Shown here one piece after another: positions 19,680-29,328 of a stretch of 64,000 bases of DNA. The stretch's first letter is position 1; each line of letters begins with the position of its first letter. The notes beneath the pieces are model-generated. The model was not told the origin of the DNA, searched no databases, and worked only from the letters and a program-made list of their open reading frames with translations. The DNA lies in NCBI GenBank assembly GCA_019057635.1, contig DXJL01000066.1, positions 1 to 64,000 of the forward strand. The letters run 5' to 3'. The translations under genes were made by a program, and so were the position numbers. This stretch comes from Candidatus Heimdallarchaeota archaeon. GTDB taxonomy: Archaea > Asgardarchaeota > Heimdallarchaeia > Hodarchaeales > Hodarchaeaceae.

Positions 19680-21059
19680 TCAAATTAAAGGATGCTTCAA
19701 TAGATTCTCTCTATTCTTCAAAAAATCATGAAATTCCTTGTGAAAACTTTCTTCTGAAGGCAAGTGAAATTGCAGGTTATCATCACGCGAAGTTGGTTTA
19801 GTTAAGTGGCGTTGTGCGCAAGTTGGTATGACATATCGCACTCCTGAATACAATCCACGCTTTTTAAATTGAAATCCAATTTCTTTTTTGTCTATTTGAT
19901 ATTTACATTTTTTACAACGAAATCCTTGGTTCTGTCCAACAGATTTTAGCGCGCCTTCACAATGAGGACATTTCAAAGGAATTCGTGCTATCTGTTGTTG
20001 TAGTTTTATGATCTCGAATTGTTCCAAATTAATTGTTATTGGATATTCATCAGAAGCTGGTCTCACCCCTCCATAGACCATTAGTTCGTCTCCTGTTATC
20101 AATTCTCTTACAAGTTTTCGAAATTTCTTAGTCGGCTCGTAGGCCGCACAATTTATGGTTTTTCCATTTGAAACTATAGAAACTATAACATGTCCACCAG
20201 TTATCAAATAAGGGGCCGAATCCACAACTCCTCTAACTTTTACAGAATAGTATGGTTTAATATCCTTTCCAGTAAATTCCTTGGGAAAATGAGGCTGAGT
20301 ATGTTGATTTGATCTAAACAACATAACCGTAGCAATATTTTCTTGTATTTTTATCTCGTTCCACATTTGGATAACAGATTTTGCAGTTTCTCCCCTAATT
20401 CCGACATAGACCGGATCCGGTCCATGTGGGGTAATCATTAATTGATTTTGTACATAATCATAATTCCCAAATGATAAGGGATTAGATTGATCAGCCTTAA
20501 TAACCGATTTTTCATCAATCATCCGTATAGATGTTTTAATACTTGGATCCCTGTAACCAATGAATTCATATGTATAATCAGAATATAGATTCGCACCAAT
20601 GGCCGCACATGCTCCGATTAATCCTCTTCCTTCTTTTATGGAATAGTAAAGTCCCTGAAAATTATTATTCAAGATTTGTTTCATGCTCTTTAATGAGATG
20701 ACTGTATAAAGTGCCTCATAATAAACTTTTTTAGTTCTTGGGTCTGGTTTTCCAATTTGCAGGACTAATCCAGGATCAGTATTCTCAGCTTTGATATCTG
20801 AATGGATTTTAACAAGGTTAATACATTCTTTCCAAATTTCTTCTATTTTATGTGTCGTTGAAATGAAACTGATGGAAACTGCACCGTTTCCCCTGGTTTT
20901 ATACGGAATATTAGGATTTAATCTGACTAATTTCGGGAAGTCAAGGAATTCTACTCCATGATTCTCCAATGAATCAACGATTAGGGTTGCTAAATATGTT
21001 GTACACATACCTTCATGAGAATCAGTATCATCAATACCAATATGATATTCCTTGAGCAT
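19680..21059 (-). CDS. tiaS: tRNA(Ile2) 2-agmatinylcytidine synthetase
   Basis: IGIDDTDS..GMCTTY, LVRLNPNIPYKTRGNG, PHGPDPV, OB fold (GGHV, AAYEPTK), Zn ribbon, RHLTKP. Confidence 0.95.
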   Translation of the reverse strand: MLKEYHIGIDDTDSHEGMCTTYLATLIVDSLENHGVEFLDFPKLVRLNPNIPYKTRGNGAVSISFISTTHKIEEIWKECINLVKIHSDIKAENTDPGLVLQIGKPDPRTKKVYYEALYTVISLKSMKQILNNNFQGLYYSIKEGRGLIGACAAIGANLYSDYTYEFIGYRDPSIKTSIRMIDEKSVIKADQSNPLSFGNYDYVQNQLMITPHGPDPVYVGIRGETAKSVIQMWNEIKIQENIATVMLFRSNQHTQPHFPKEFTGKDIKPYYSVKVRGVVDSAPYLITGGHVIVSIVSNGKTINCAAYEPTKKFRKLVRELITGDELMVYGGVRPASDEYPITINLEQFEIIKLQQQIARIPLKCPHCEGALKSVGQNQGFRCKKCKYQIDKKEIGFQFKKRGLYSGVRYVIPTCAQRHLTKPTSRDDNLQFHLPSEESFHKEFHDFLKNRENLLKHPLI

Positions 21060-21080
21060 TAACTATTCATTTCCTCGTAT

Positions 21081-21998
21081 TCAAAGCCTTGAAAGGATTC
21101 CCGCGACTAAAAGTGGAAGAACAAGGGTGACATCACCCATAATATCAATCCATTTAGCATCGGATGTCACTTTCCCCCATGATACGGCTTCTTTTATGGA
21201 AGCGCCGCTCACACCACCATGTTCGGGTCGATCCATCGTAATTTGTATTGCATAACTTAGTCCATCATGTAATTGAGACCCGTTCATGATGAAGTGTTTT
21301 GGAACGCCACCCCCAAGAATCATTGCTCCCATTTTTTTCGAATCATAAATTATCTCTGAAAATTCAGTGTGATCTTTCAATACATCAATATTTAAAGGTT
21401 TAATTTGCGAAAAAAGCCAAGATTGGACACCTAACATACTGTCAGCAAATGACGGGGCAAAAATTGGGATTTCTTTCTCATGTGCTAATCTGACAATTGA
21501 ATTTGGATCAGTGACATATCGTCCAATTTCATAGATAAATCGGCGTGTACTCATCGGTTCCTTAGGAATATTATCTAAAATTTTCTGAACTAATTTCTCA
21601 AATTTTACAAAGGATTCATACGAAATAAAAGTATCAAAAATTCTACTAACATCGAGTTCTTTAAGTTTTATATCATCAAGTTGACTATTTCCATGGAAAT
21701 GTGATCCTCCTGAAGTTTCCAATAGATCATGGCTTAGATTTGCACCAGTAGTGACAATACAATCAATTATCTTGTTGTCTATCATTTTATACAGGATATT
21801 TCGCATTCCACCAGGTATGAGAGCGCCAGCGAGACCTAAAAATATGGTACAAGATTTATCCTCAATCATTTCCAAAAAAAGATCAGTAGCGAGTCCAACC
21901 TTTCGACATGTAAATCCTCCATTTTTCATAGAATCTAAAAGTTCAGAGACACTCATATTTGGATTAATGTCTACCTGTTTCATTTTGTGTAGTTTCAT
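21081..21998 (-). CDS. dys: Deoxyhypusine synthase
   Basis: IVTTGANLSHD, RIFD, LGGGVPKH, GGVSGASIKEAVSWGK (catalytic Lys present). Confidence 0.95.
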   Translation of the reverse strand: MKLHKMKQVDINPNMSVSELLDSMKNGGFTCRKVGLATDLFLEMIEDKSCTIFLGLAGALIPGGMRNILYKMIDNKIIDCIVTTGANLSHDLLETSGGSHFHGNSQLDDIKLKELDVSRIFDTFISYESFVKFEKLVQKILDNIPKEPMSTRRFIYEIGRYVTDPNSIVRLAHEKEIPIFAPSFADSMLGVQSWLFSQIKPLNIDVLKDHTEFSEIIYDSKKMGAMILGGGVPKHFIMNGSQLHDGLSYAIQITMDRPEHGGVSGASIKEAVSWGKVTSDAKWIDIMGDVTLVLPLLVAGILSRL

Positions 21999-22176
21999 AA
22001 TCGGTAAATCTCATTTATTATATTAGTAAATTCTAAATTCTTGTCTTTATATTGACTAAGGGGCTCACTGGTACAGATAAATGTCCTTCTCAAATTCTTT
22101 GAGTCACTTTTTTCACGAATCTCATATTTCATTATTGCATTTATTCGATATATTGCTGTAAGTAACACAAGTCCCT

Positions 22177-23463
22177 TCATTTTTTACTTGTGTTAAAATT
22201 AAAATAAACTAAAGGTCTTTCTTCCATACAATACGTTGAATTAAAAGAAATTGAATATGCTCCAGTCTGTAAAAACACGATATAATCTTCTTCTTCTAAT
22301 TTAGATAATAAAACCAAGCTATTTCCCTCTATTGATCCTTTATAATAATCTAAAGTATCATTAGATGAACCCACAATTCGGTAAGGAATAATTGGTGTAT
22401 TGATATTTTTTTTCACCTTTTTAATTGGGAAATGCCAATCTGCGATAATAACATCAGGTATAGTGTTATAAAAACTCCCGTTAACGCAAGCAATGTTAAG
22501 ATTAGATTCTCTCTCTTTAATTATTGAGATTTGAAGTGCTAAAACACCCGCAGGGGCTGTTAAATATCTTCCTGATTCAAGGATTAATGTAATAGAGGAT
22601 AATTGACCATTAAATTCCTCTTGAATTACATCTTTGAATTTTTCGATTGGTGGTACATGCTTTTCTCCATAGGGTATAGGAAGTCCTCCTCCGATATCAA
22701 GGATCTTAATTTCAAAACCTCTCTCCTCGATTTGGGTTATAAGAAGACTTATTTTTCTCATTCCCTCCCTATATTGATCTAAATTTACAATTTGGCTCCC
22801 TAAATGAACATGGAGACCTTGAAAGCACAGCCATTCAGAATTTAAACAATGGTCGAGAATTTTGTTGAACTGGGATTCTCCCTCGAAAGTCTTCGGTATT
22901 AGAATACCAATTTTGCTATTCCCACCTGTGCATGAAAATAAAGTATCATTCAGTTGTGTACCAGGATTTACACGTAATAGAACGTTTGCTCTTATTTGTA
23001 ATGCCTTACAAGCTTCCTCTATGTTTCTCATATCACTCCAAGAGTCAACTGCAAACAAACCAACACCTTTTTCTAGGCAGTACTTTACCGTTGGTTTATC
23101 CTTAACGATATTAGTGAATATAATCTTATTTGGTTCCCCTCCATTCGCAATAACGTGTTTTATTTCTCCTATAGAAGTAACTTCAAAATCAGCACCTTTT
23201 TCCATAAATGTTTGAGCCACTTCAGGGAGCGGGTTAGATTTCACTGAAAATGCAATCTTCAGGAATTGAGTATTAAGAGAAGAAAATGTTTCATGGATTT
23301 TTTTATATTGTAGCTCTAGAATTTCTTGAGAAAATATGAATAATGGAGTCTTATACTTCTTTAGAAGCTCCTCTAGGTTCAATCCGTTGAAAAATAGCGT
23401 TTTTTCTTGATACTCAAGTAATAAATACTTTTCCTCATCCAAATTTATTTTTTCTGAGTGCAA
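22177..23463 (-). CDS. Fold-type III PLP decarboxylase (LysA/ODC/ADC family)
   Basis: TPLFIF, AFSVKSNP (PLP Lys), SIGE, HVHLGSQ, DIGGGL, ESGRY, GAYS. Confidence 0.88.
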   Translation of the reverse strand: MHSEKINLDEEKYLLLEYQEKTLFFNGLNLEELLKKYKTPLFIFSQEILELQYKKIHETFSSLNTQFLKIAFSVKSNPLPEVAQTFMEKGADFEVTSIGEIKHVIANGGEPNKIIFTNIVKDKPTVKYCLEKGVGLFAVDSWSDMRNIEEACKALQIRANVLLRVNPGTQLNDTLFSCTGGNSKIGILIPKTFEGESQFNKILDHCLNSEWLCFQGLHVHLGSQIVNLDQYREGMRKISLLITQIEERGFEIKILDIGGGLPIPYGEKHVPPIEKFKDVIQEEFNGQLSSITLILESGRYLTAPAGVLALQISIIKERESNLNIACVNGSFYNTIPDVIIADWHFPIKKVKKNINTPIIPYRIVGSSNDTLDYYKGSIEGNSLVLLSKLEEEDYIVFLQTGAYSISFNSTYCMEERPLVYFNFNTSKK

Positions 23464-23573
23464 GACTTAAGTCGCTCCTACTTGTGCTTTGCTAGTGTCC
23501 TACAATACAGAATAGTCTTATCAGGAAATATTATTTATATTTGTATTAGATAAGTCTTTTTGTGTGATCCCTC

Positions 23574-24506
23574 GTGAGTAATCTAGATTTTATATCTCAT
23601 CAACCACAATCATTTTGTGGGCTTATTAAACATGATTGGAAGGACGAAATCCCAAACTATAATTTGATAGGAGTTCCGTTAGATATTTCCTCGTCTTATC
23701 GCCCAGGAGCCCGTTTTGGTCCTGATTCGTTAAGAAGAATACTTCAATCAGAAAATTTTGAGTGTGTTTCAGAAAAAGGGATAGATTTAACAAGGTATTT
23801 TCGTCTTAAAGATTGGGGCAATATTGGAATTATTAATACCGATATTGGAAAAAGTTTAAGACGCGTAAGCGAAGGTGTAACTGATCTAATTTCTTTTCAA
23901 AAACCTTTTCTTATAATGGGAGGTGATCACAGTATTACTATTGGTGTAGGAAAAGCATTCGAGAATAAAAACATTCCTGTGCATATTATTTACATTGATG
24001 GACATTTAGACCTTTATGATGAAGTTAATGAGTCTCGTCTCTCTCATGCGTGTTCGCTCAAAAGACTCTCTGAGCTACAAACCTTTGACGGAGCAACTAT
24101 ACTTGGATACCGTGATTTTTTAAGCGAACAAGTCGAATACGCAAAGCAAAAAGATATGCTATTGTATTCTACATCATACCTTCAGCATCAAGCAAATTTA
24201 TTTGATTTTGGAACTTCTTTGATTCAGAAATTGGCCTCAAAACATCAGTATTTTCATATTTCTATTGACCTAGATGTCCTTGATCCGAGTTTTGCTCCTG
24301 GAGTCGGTAATCCTGTAGCATGCGGACTTACTAGTCGGGATTTAGTTACGTTACTCTTGGGAATCTTTAATGCACTTCCTCCTGGGAAAAATTTTAGCTG
24401 GGATATTGTAGAATATAACCCCCTGTTTGATACTGCAGACATCACTGCATTTTTTGTAATTAAACTCTTAATTGAATTGTTAGGGGAACAGATTAAATTT
24501 GTTTAA
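23574..24506 (+). CDS. speB: Agmatinase/ureohydrolase
   Basis: SYRPGARFGP, GGDHS, DGHLD, SIDLDVLDPSFAPG, VEYNP. Confidence 0.88.
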   Translation: MSNLDFISHQPQSFCGLIKHDWKDEIPNYNLIGVPLDISSSYRPGARFGPDSLRRILQSENFECVSEKGIDLTRYFRLKDWGNIGIINTDIGKSLRRVSEGVTDLISFQKPFLIMGGDHSITIGVGKAFENKNIPVHIIYIDGHLDLYDEVNESRLSHACSLKRLSELQTFDGATILGYRDFLSEQVEYAKQKDMLLYSTSYLQHQANLFDFGTSLIQKLASKHQYFHISIDLDVLDPSFAPGVGNPVACGLTSRDLVTLLLGIFNALPPGKNFSWDIVEYNPLFDTADITAFFVIKLLIELLGEQIKFV

Positions 24507-24661
24507 TTGGAAAATCTGATTATTTTCTTAAAAAACAAAAAATACTTAATAAATCATTGTCAATATCCGTTCTACAACAAAGATTGCTTTAATTTGAATA
24601 CAGAGCTGAGAAAAATAAAAAAGGAATGTCCATTTTTCTTCCGAACAACAGGTGAAAATCT

Positions 24662-25873
24662 ATGACACGAGATCCAAACAGCTTTTTTGTCACTGAAATG
24701 AAAGAAATTCGTAATGCAGGTAGGGAATGGATTCATCGAACTTTAGAAGGAGCTTCTGATACTGTATGCAATGTTGAGGGGAAAAATGTCATTATGTTAT
24801 GTTCTAATAATTATCTAGGATTAAGTAATCATCCGAAAATGAAGGAAGCAGCAATTCAGGCGGTTAAAACCCATGGTGTTGGTTCAGGATCTGTTCGAGC
24901 AATCGCAGGTAATATGGATTTACATGTACAACTGGAAGAACGTCTTGCTAAATTCAAAGAACAAGATGCTGGTTTTGTCACTTCCGCGGGTTTTACTGCT
25001 AATGAAGGAATCATCCCCCAGCTAGCTCCTGATAAAAACGATATAATATTGTCAGATGAGCTGAATCATGGTTCGATAATTGACGGAGTACGCCTATCTA
25101 AAGCAAAACGGGCTGTTTATAAACACAATGATATGAGTGACTTGGAAAAGGTTATAGCTGAGCTTGATAAGCAGAATCCAAGAAGGATCCTCTTGATCAC
25201 GGATGGTGTGTTTTCAATGGACGGGGATGCAGCCAAATTAGATGAGATATACAAAATTGCTTCCCCCTATGGTGCAATGATATATGTTGACGATGCACAT
25301 GGTGATGGAGTGCTTGGTCGAAATAATTCAGGGAAGGGTCTTGTAGATTATTATAGTTTACAAGGAAAAGTAGATATTGAAATGGGAACCTTTTCTAAGG
25401 CTTTTGGTACAATGGGCGGATCTATTGTTGGATCAAAGGAGCTGGTGACTTGGTGCAGAAACAAGACTCGATCATATCTATTATCAGGGAGTCATCCTCC
25501 TGCAACTGCTGCTGCTTCTATTAAAGCCTTGGATTTAATTGAAGATGAGGAACCAGACTTAGTACCGAGATTATGGGACAATATCAAATACTTTAAAAAG
25601 AGGATTATTGATATAGGTTATAATCATGGAATTACAGACGCATCCACTACAGCAATCATCCCTATTATTTGTGGAGATCCATTAAAAGCGAAAGAAATAT
25701 CAAATTTACTGTATAGTGATTATGGAATTTTTGCCCTGCCAATAGTTTTTCCCATGGTTCCACGAGGTTTAGATAGAATACGTGTACAGGCAAATGCTGC
25801 TCTCACAAAGAAACAATTAGATGAAGGACTTCGGGCATTTGAAGAGCTTGGAAATAAGTTGAAAATCCTTTGA
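24662..25873 (+). CDS. kbl: Glycine C-acetyltransferase / BioF-family class II PLP acyltransferase
   Basis: SNNYLGL, SDELNHGSIIDG, DGVFSMDGD, DDAHG, GTFSKAFG. Confidence 0.8.
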   Translation: MTRDPNSFFVTEMKEIRNAGREWIHRTLEGASDTVCNVEGKNVIMLCSNNYLGLSNHPKMKEAAIQAVKTHGVGSGSVRAIAGNMDLHVQLEERLAKFKEQDAGFVTSAGFTANEGIIPQLAPDKNDIILSDELNHGSIIDGVRLSKAKRAVYKHNDMSDLEKVIAELDKQNPRRILLITDGVFSMDGDAAKLDEIYKIASPYGAMIYVDDAHGDGVLGRNNSGKGLVDYYSLQGKVDIEMGTFSKAFGTMGGSIVGSKELVTWCRNKTRSYLLSGSHPPATAAASIKALDLIEDEEPDLVPRLWDNIKYFKKRIIDIGYNHGITDASTTAIIPIICGDPLKAKEISNLLYSDYGIFALPIVFPMVPRGLDRIRVQANAALTKKQLDEGLRAFEELGNKLKIL

Positions 25874-25884
25874 TCATTCCCCTT

Positions 25885-26325
25885 TTATTTATTGTCTAAC
25901 TTTTCTCCCTCTTCTTCTGTTTGGATTAGTTTGCGATGGCTCTTTACTATCACCTTTCCTGAAAATCGAAAAACCTGACCACAATCTGGACAGTACCAAT
26001 ATTTTCGTGAAGCTTCATCTCCGCTAGAAAATTGATAGAAACCCTGAAAGACGGCCTGAGGATGTCGACATCGTTTCTTTTTTCGTTGTTCATAAGTTTG
26101 GGTCATTAGTTTTGGAATGGGCGGAGGTTCATCTTCTAATATTCGTGTTTTATCTTTTACACTGTGATTTATGAGTGTAGTCTCTTGAAATGCTATTTTG
26201 TTGACCTTTTTGCTTTCTAATATTTCTATTCGACATTTGGGACACCAATACATTAATTTTCTTTCTGATCCGATTCTTCGAGTTGTTATTAAAGTACCAC
26301 AGGTCTCACAGAAAGGACTAGCCAT
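25885..26325 (-). CDS. TFS/RpoM-like transcript-cleavage-factor paralog
   Basis: N-terminal FCETCG..CPKC ribbon; C-terminal QFSSGDE..YWYCPDCG resembles QxRSADE..FY.C..C. Confidence 0.7.
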   Translation of the reverse strand: MASPFCETCGTLITTRRIGSERKLMYWCPKCRIEILESKKVNKIAFQETTLINHSVKDKTRILEDEPPPIPKLMTQTYEQRKKKRCRHPQAVFQGFYQFSSGDEASRKYWYCPDCGQVFRFSGKVIVKSHRKLIQTEEEGEKLDNK

Positions 26326-26549
26326 TTTTTTTCCTCATTTTCCGAGTAATCTATCATTTTATAGGAAGTATTTCTCTTTTTCAGATCATTTCCCTTTTAT
26401 TGCTGTGTTACATCTTTTACTCAGAATTGACTTAAAACGATACTAAAAATCTTTATATTAGATTTTTATGCTCTATTCTGGCTTTATACATTAACATTTC
26501 TTTATAAATGAGTTGTTTCTAAGATTAAAAATCTATTGCGGAGATATTT

Positions 26550-28508
26550 TTGAAAATTCCATTCTTGGGTAAAGTACGACTTCATTGGTGCGATATATGC
26601 CAGGTTCCTTTGATACGTAAACAGTGTAGTAGCTGTGGAAAGTCTGGGCGTAAGATCCCAGTAACACCTCCAGGAGATATTCGTCCTGCATTCGAGGGGG
26701 ATTTGTTACAATTAATTAAAGCTGTGGAAGACCAATATGGAGTAGAATCGGCCAAGATTTTTCAAAATATGATTAAAAATCAAATTCTTCTTCTAAACAA
26801 AGTGCCTTATGTTGATAGAATGGATGAAATTTATTATCTTGGGGGAGTAATCGGATTACTTCGATTTAATCCACTTAAAGAGAACTTTGAACTGGTACCA
26901 AAGCTTACTCTGGCCCGAAAACTTTGGCATAGTGACGCATCCAATTGGGTCGAGGTAGATATCGGAGCAAAAGAGCCAATTATAAAAGGAGCTTCAGTCC
27001 TTGCACCAGGTATATTAGGAGTGCATGGAAATATTAATTTAAATGATCCTACAATAATTGTTTGTCAACATGAGGTCATTGCTGTCGGTTTAGCAAAGAT
27101 GGATAGAGAAACTATGCTTAACTCCCCTCGTGGTGTTGCAATAAAGACTAAATATAGAAAAAAATCACTTTTGGTTGAGCCAATATCGCATTCTTCATGG
27201 GAAAAAATAATTAAAGCCAATCGTCAATCATTAGCATACATTGAAGACGAAGCGATAAACTTCATTGAAAAGACAGCTCAGGATTTCGACAACATCGTCG
27301 TGGCCTATTCGGGAGGTAAAGATTCTCTTGCGACTCTAAACCTTGTTGCCCAATCTGATGTTCCCTATGAGATAATTTTTGCAGATACAGGATTAGAATA
27401 TCCCGAAACACTCGAGAATGTTAAATTAATTTCGAAAACTTATGGACGGAAAGTACTGGTTGATGAAAATGAATCTTATGATTTTTGGGAGCGATTTGAA
27501 CAGTTTGGTCCTCCGACTAGAAACTCACGCTGGTGTTGTAAATCGTCCAAACTTGCTCCTATAAATTCAATATTAGAAAAAAACTTTCCCCATGATGATC
27601 AAGTCTTAACTTTTTTGGGAAAACGTCGGTATGAGTCGTTTGGGCGCTCCCAAGAACCACGTGTCTCTCAAAATCCTTGGATACCTAAACAAGTCTCCGC
27701 TTCCCCGATTAACAATTGGAGTGCTTTTGAGGTTTATTTGTATATTGAAGCTCGGCGTTTAATGGGGCTTCTCAATCCACTATATACTAAGGGTTTTATC
27801 CGAATCGGCTGTTGGGTCTGTCCAGCTGCCTCGCTTGCTGATTTTTCTATAATGAAAGAGACTCATCCTATTCTGCTTGAACAATTAACCCAAAGATTAT
27901 CAAGTATTAAATCAGTAAATAATTTTCCAAAACAATACATATCCTGGGGTCTCTGGAGATGGAAAATTCTTCCAGCAAAAATTTTGAAACTCCTTCAAAG
28001 AAATAATATTAAATACAAAATTAAGAATTCCTCGTCAGAGCCTAGCTCACAACTCCAGTTTTCTATAACTCGTTCTCCTTCTCCTTGTGTTTTGGGAGGT
28101 TTTTCCAGCTATATTTCAGCGAACCAATTGCTTGAATTGGAATTAATTAACCGATTGCTTCCAATCGTTGGAGAAACACAACTTAATGAAGAATTGGATC
28201 TCCTTCACAGCACCGATTCCAGAGGAAACAGAACCGATGTTTTTCGGGATGGATCAGTCATTATTAGAGATAATTTCAAGGCTTCTATAGATGCTAAAGC
28301 AATAGATTTTATAAAAACTATATTTCGTGTTACATATTGTGATGGATGCGGTGTTTGCATTTATAATTGTGAGGAAGATGCGTTATTTCTTAGAAATGGG
28401 AAGATTAAGGTCGATACTTCAAAATGTATTCACTGTATGAGATGTAACAGTTTTTGTCCTTTGTTAAGATATCGTAGTGATGCTAGTTATATAATTGAAG
28501 ATGTGTGA
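26550..28508 (+). CDS. PAPS reductase-family protein with PUA and 4Fe-4S domains
   Basis: N-terminal Zn ribbon, PUA (GASVLAPGI), AYSGGKDS PP-loop, RWCC, RIGCWVCP, two C-terminal CxxCxxCxxxC motifs. Confidence 0.88.
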   Translation: MKIPFLGKVRLHWCDICQVPLIRKQCSSCGKSGRKIPVTPPGDIRPAFEGDLLQLIKAVEDQYGVESAKIFQNMIKNQILLLNKVPYVDRMDEIYYLGGVIGLLRFNPLKENFELVPKLTLARKLWHSDASNWVEVDIGAKEPIIKGASVLAPGILGVHGNINLNDPTIIVCQHEVIAVGLAKMDRETMLNSPRGVAIKTKYRKKSLLVEPISHSSWEKIIKANRQSLAYIEDEAINFIEKTAQDFDNIVVAYSGGKDSLATLNLVAQSDVPYEIIFADTGLEYPETLENVKLISKTYGRKVLVDENESYDFWERFEQFGPPTRNSRWCCKSSKLAPINSILEKNFPHDDQVLTFLGKRRYESFGRSQEPRVSQNPWIPKQVSASPINNWSAFEVYLYIEARRLMGLLNPLYTKGFIRIGCWVCPAASLADFSIMKETHPILLEQLTQRLSSIKSVNNFPKQYISWGLWRWKILPAKILKLLQRNNIKYKIKNSSSEPSSQLQFSITRSPSPCVLGGFSSYISANQLLELELINRLLPIVGETQLNEELDLLHSTDSRGNRTDVFRDGSVIIRDNFKASIDAKAIDFIKTIFRVTYCDGCGVCIYNCEEDALFLRNGKIKVDTSKCIHCMRCNSFCPLLRYRSDASYIIEDV

Positions 28509-28608
28509 TATTATTTTAGAATCAAATTCAGTTGAATTCTCTTAGTAGAAAAACAAAAAACCCCGCTTTAAAAAGTCCCCTTGAATTGTTTTTAGAGGTT
28601 TAATACAT

Positions 28609-29151
28609 TTGACTGGGCGTAAAGATCGAGTTATTGATGGTGCAAAGTCCATTCTATTAACTAGAGGTTTTGAAGTAACTTCTGAAGTTGAGAATGAAGA
28701 ATACCATGATATTTTTGGCAAAAATTCTGAAGGCCAGACGATTATGGTGCGAATTCCAGAAAAAGAAGTCGTCGGTGTTCGTGAATTAAGGGATTATAAG
28801 GAAGAAATTGAGGAGAAGGGGTATAATTACGCCTTGCTGCTTGCATTAAATAAATACACTCATTATGCAAAAAGAGAAGCCAAAGCAGCAGATATCGAAA
28901 CTTTTTCGATAAAATTTCCTTTCTTCAATCTTTTTAAACATTATCTCGTTCCCGTTCATGAATTTGCTACTGAATCGGAAGTTCAAGAATTAGAGAAAAA
29001 ATATTCAATATTTACCTATCAACTTCCCAAAATTTCAGCTGAAGATCCTGCAGTTCAACTTTTAGGCGCAAAAGTTGGCGATGTATTAAAAATCAAAAGA
29101 AATAGTCCAACAGCTGGAGAATTCTTGGTCTATCGAACTGTAGTTCCATAA
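28609..29151 (+). CDS. rpo5: RNA polymerase subunit Rpo5 (H) with a eukaryotic RPB5-like N-terminal domain
   Basis: C-terminal HYLVPVHE, QLPKISAEDPA, GDVLKIKRNSPTAG..YR; ~105 aa N-terminal extension. Confidence 0.92.
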   Translation: MTGRKDRVIDGAKSILLTRGFEVTSEVENEEYHDIFGKNSEGQTIMVRIPEKEVVGVRELRDYKEEIEEKGYNYALLLALNKYTHYAKREAKAADIETFSIKFPFFNLFKHYLVPVHEFATESEVQELEKKYSIFTYQLPKISAEDPAVQLLGAKVGDVLKIKRNSPTAGEFLVYRTVVP

Positions 29152-29328
29152 GTGAACCGCTGATCTCTCCGCGGATGAAAGATTAACATGACCGATAACA
29201 TAAAAAAGTCAATAAAGAGGGTTCAAAGTGACCTCAAACATCTTTAGAATCGCTCTAGAAGCATAAACTCCGTCAAGAGATACGTTGAATCGTTGAATTA
29301 AAATAATCCATCATTAGAGGAATAAACA

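Noticed and set aside
21995-22180. 61-aa ORF bridging the decarboxylase and dys
   Set aside because: Overlaps both neighbours by 4 nt so could be real, but no family signal supports a call
29152-29179. GTGAA-CCGC...GCGG-ATGAA hairpin after rpo5 as a SECIS element or C/D sRNA
   Set aside because: The stem is only 4 bp, no in-frame TGA selenoprotein candidate is nearby, and box spacing does not fit a C/D guide
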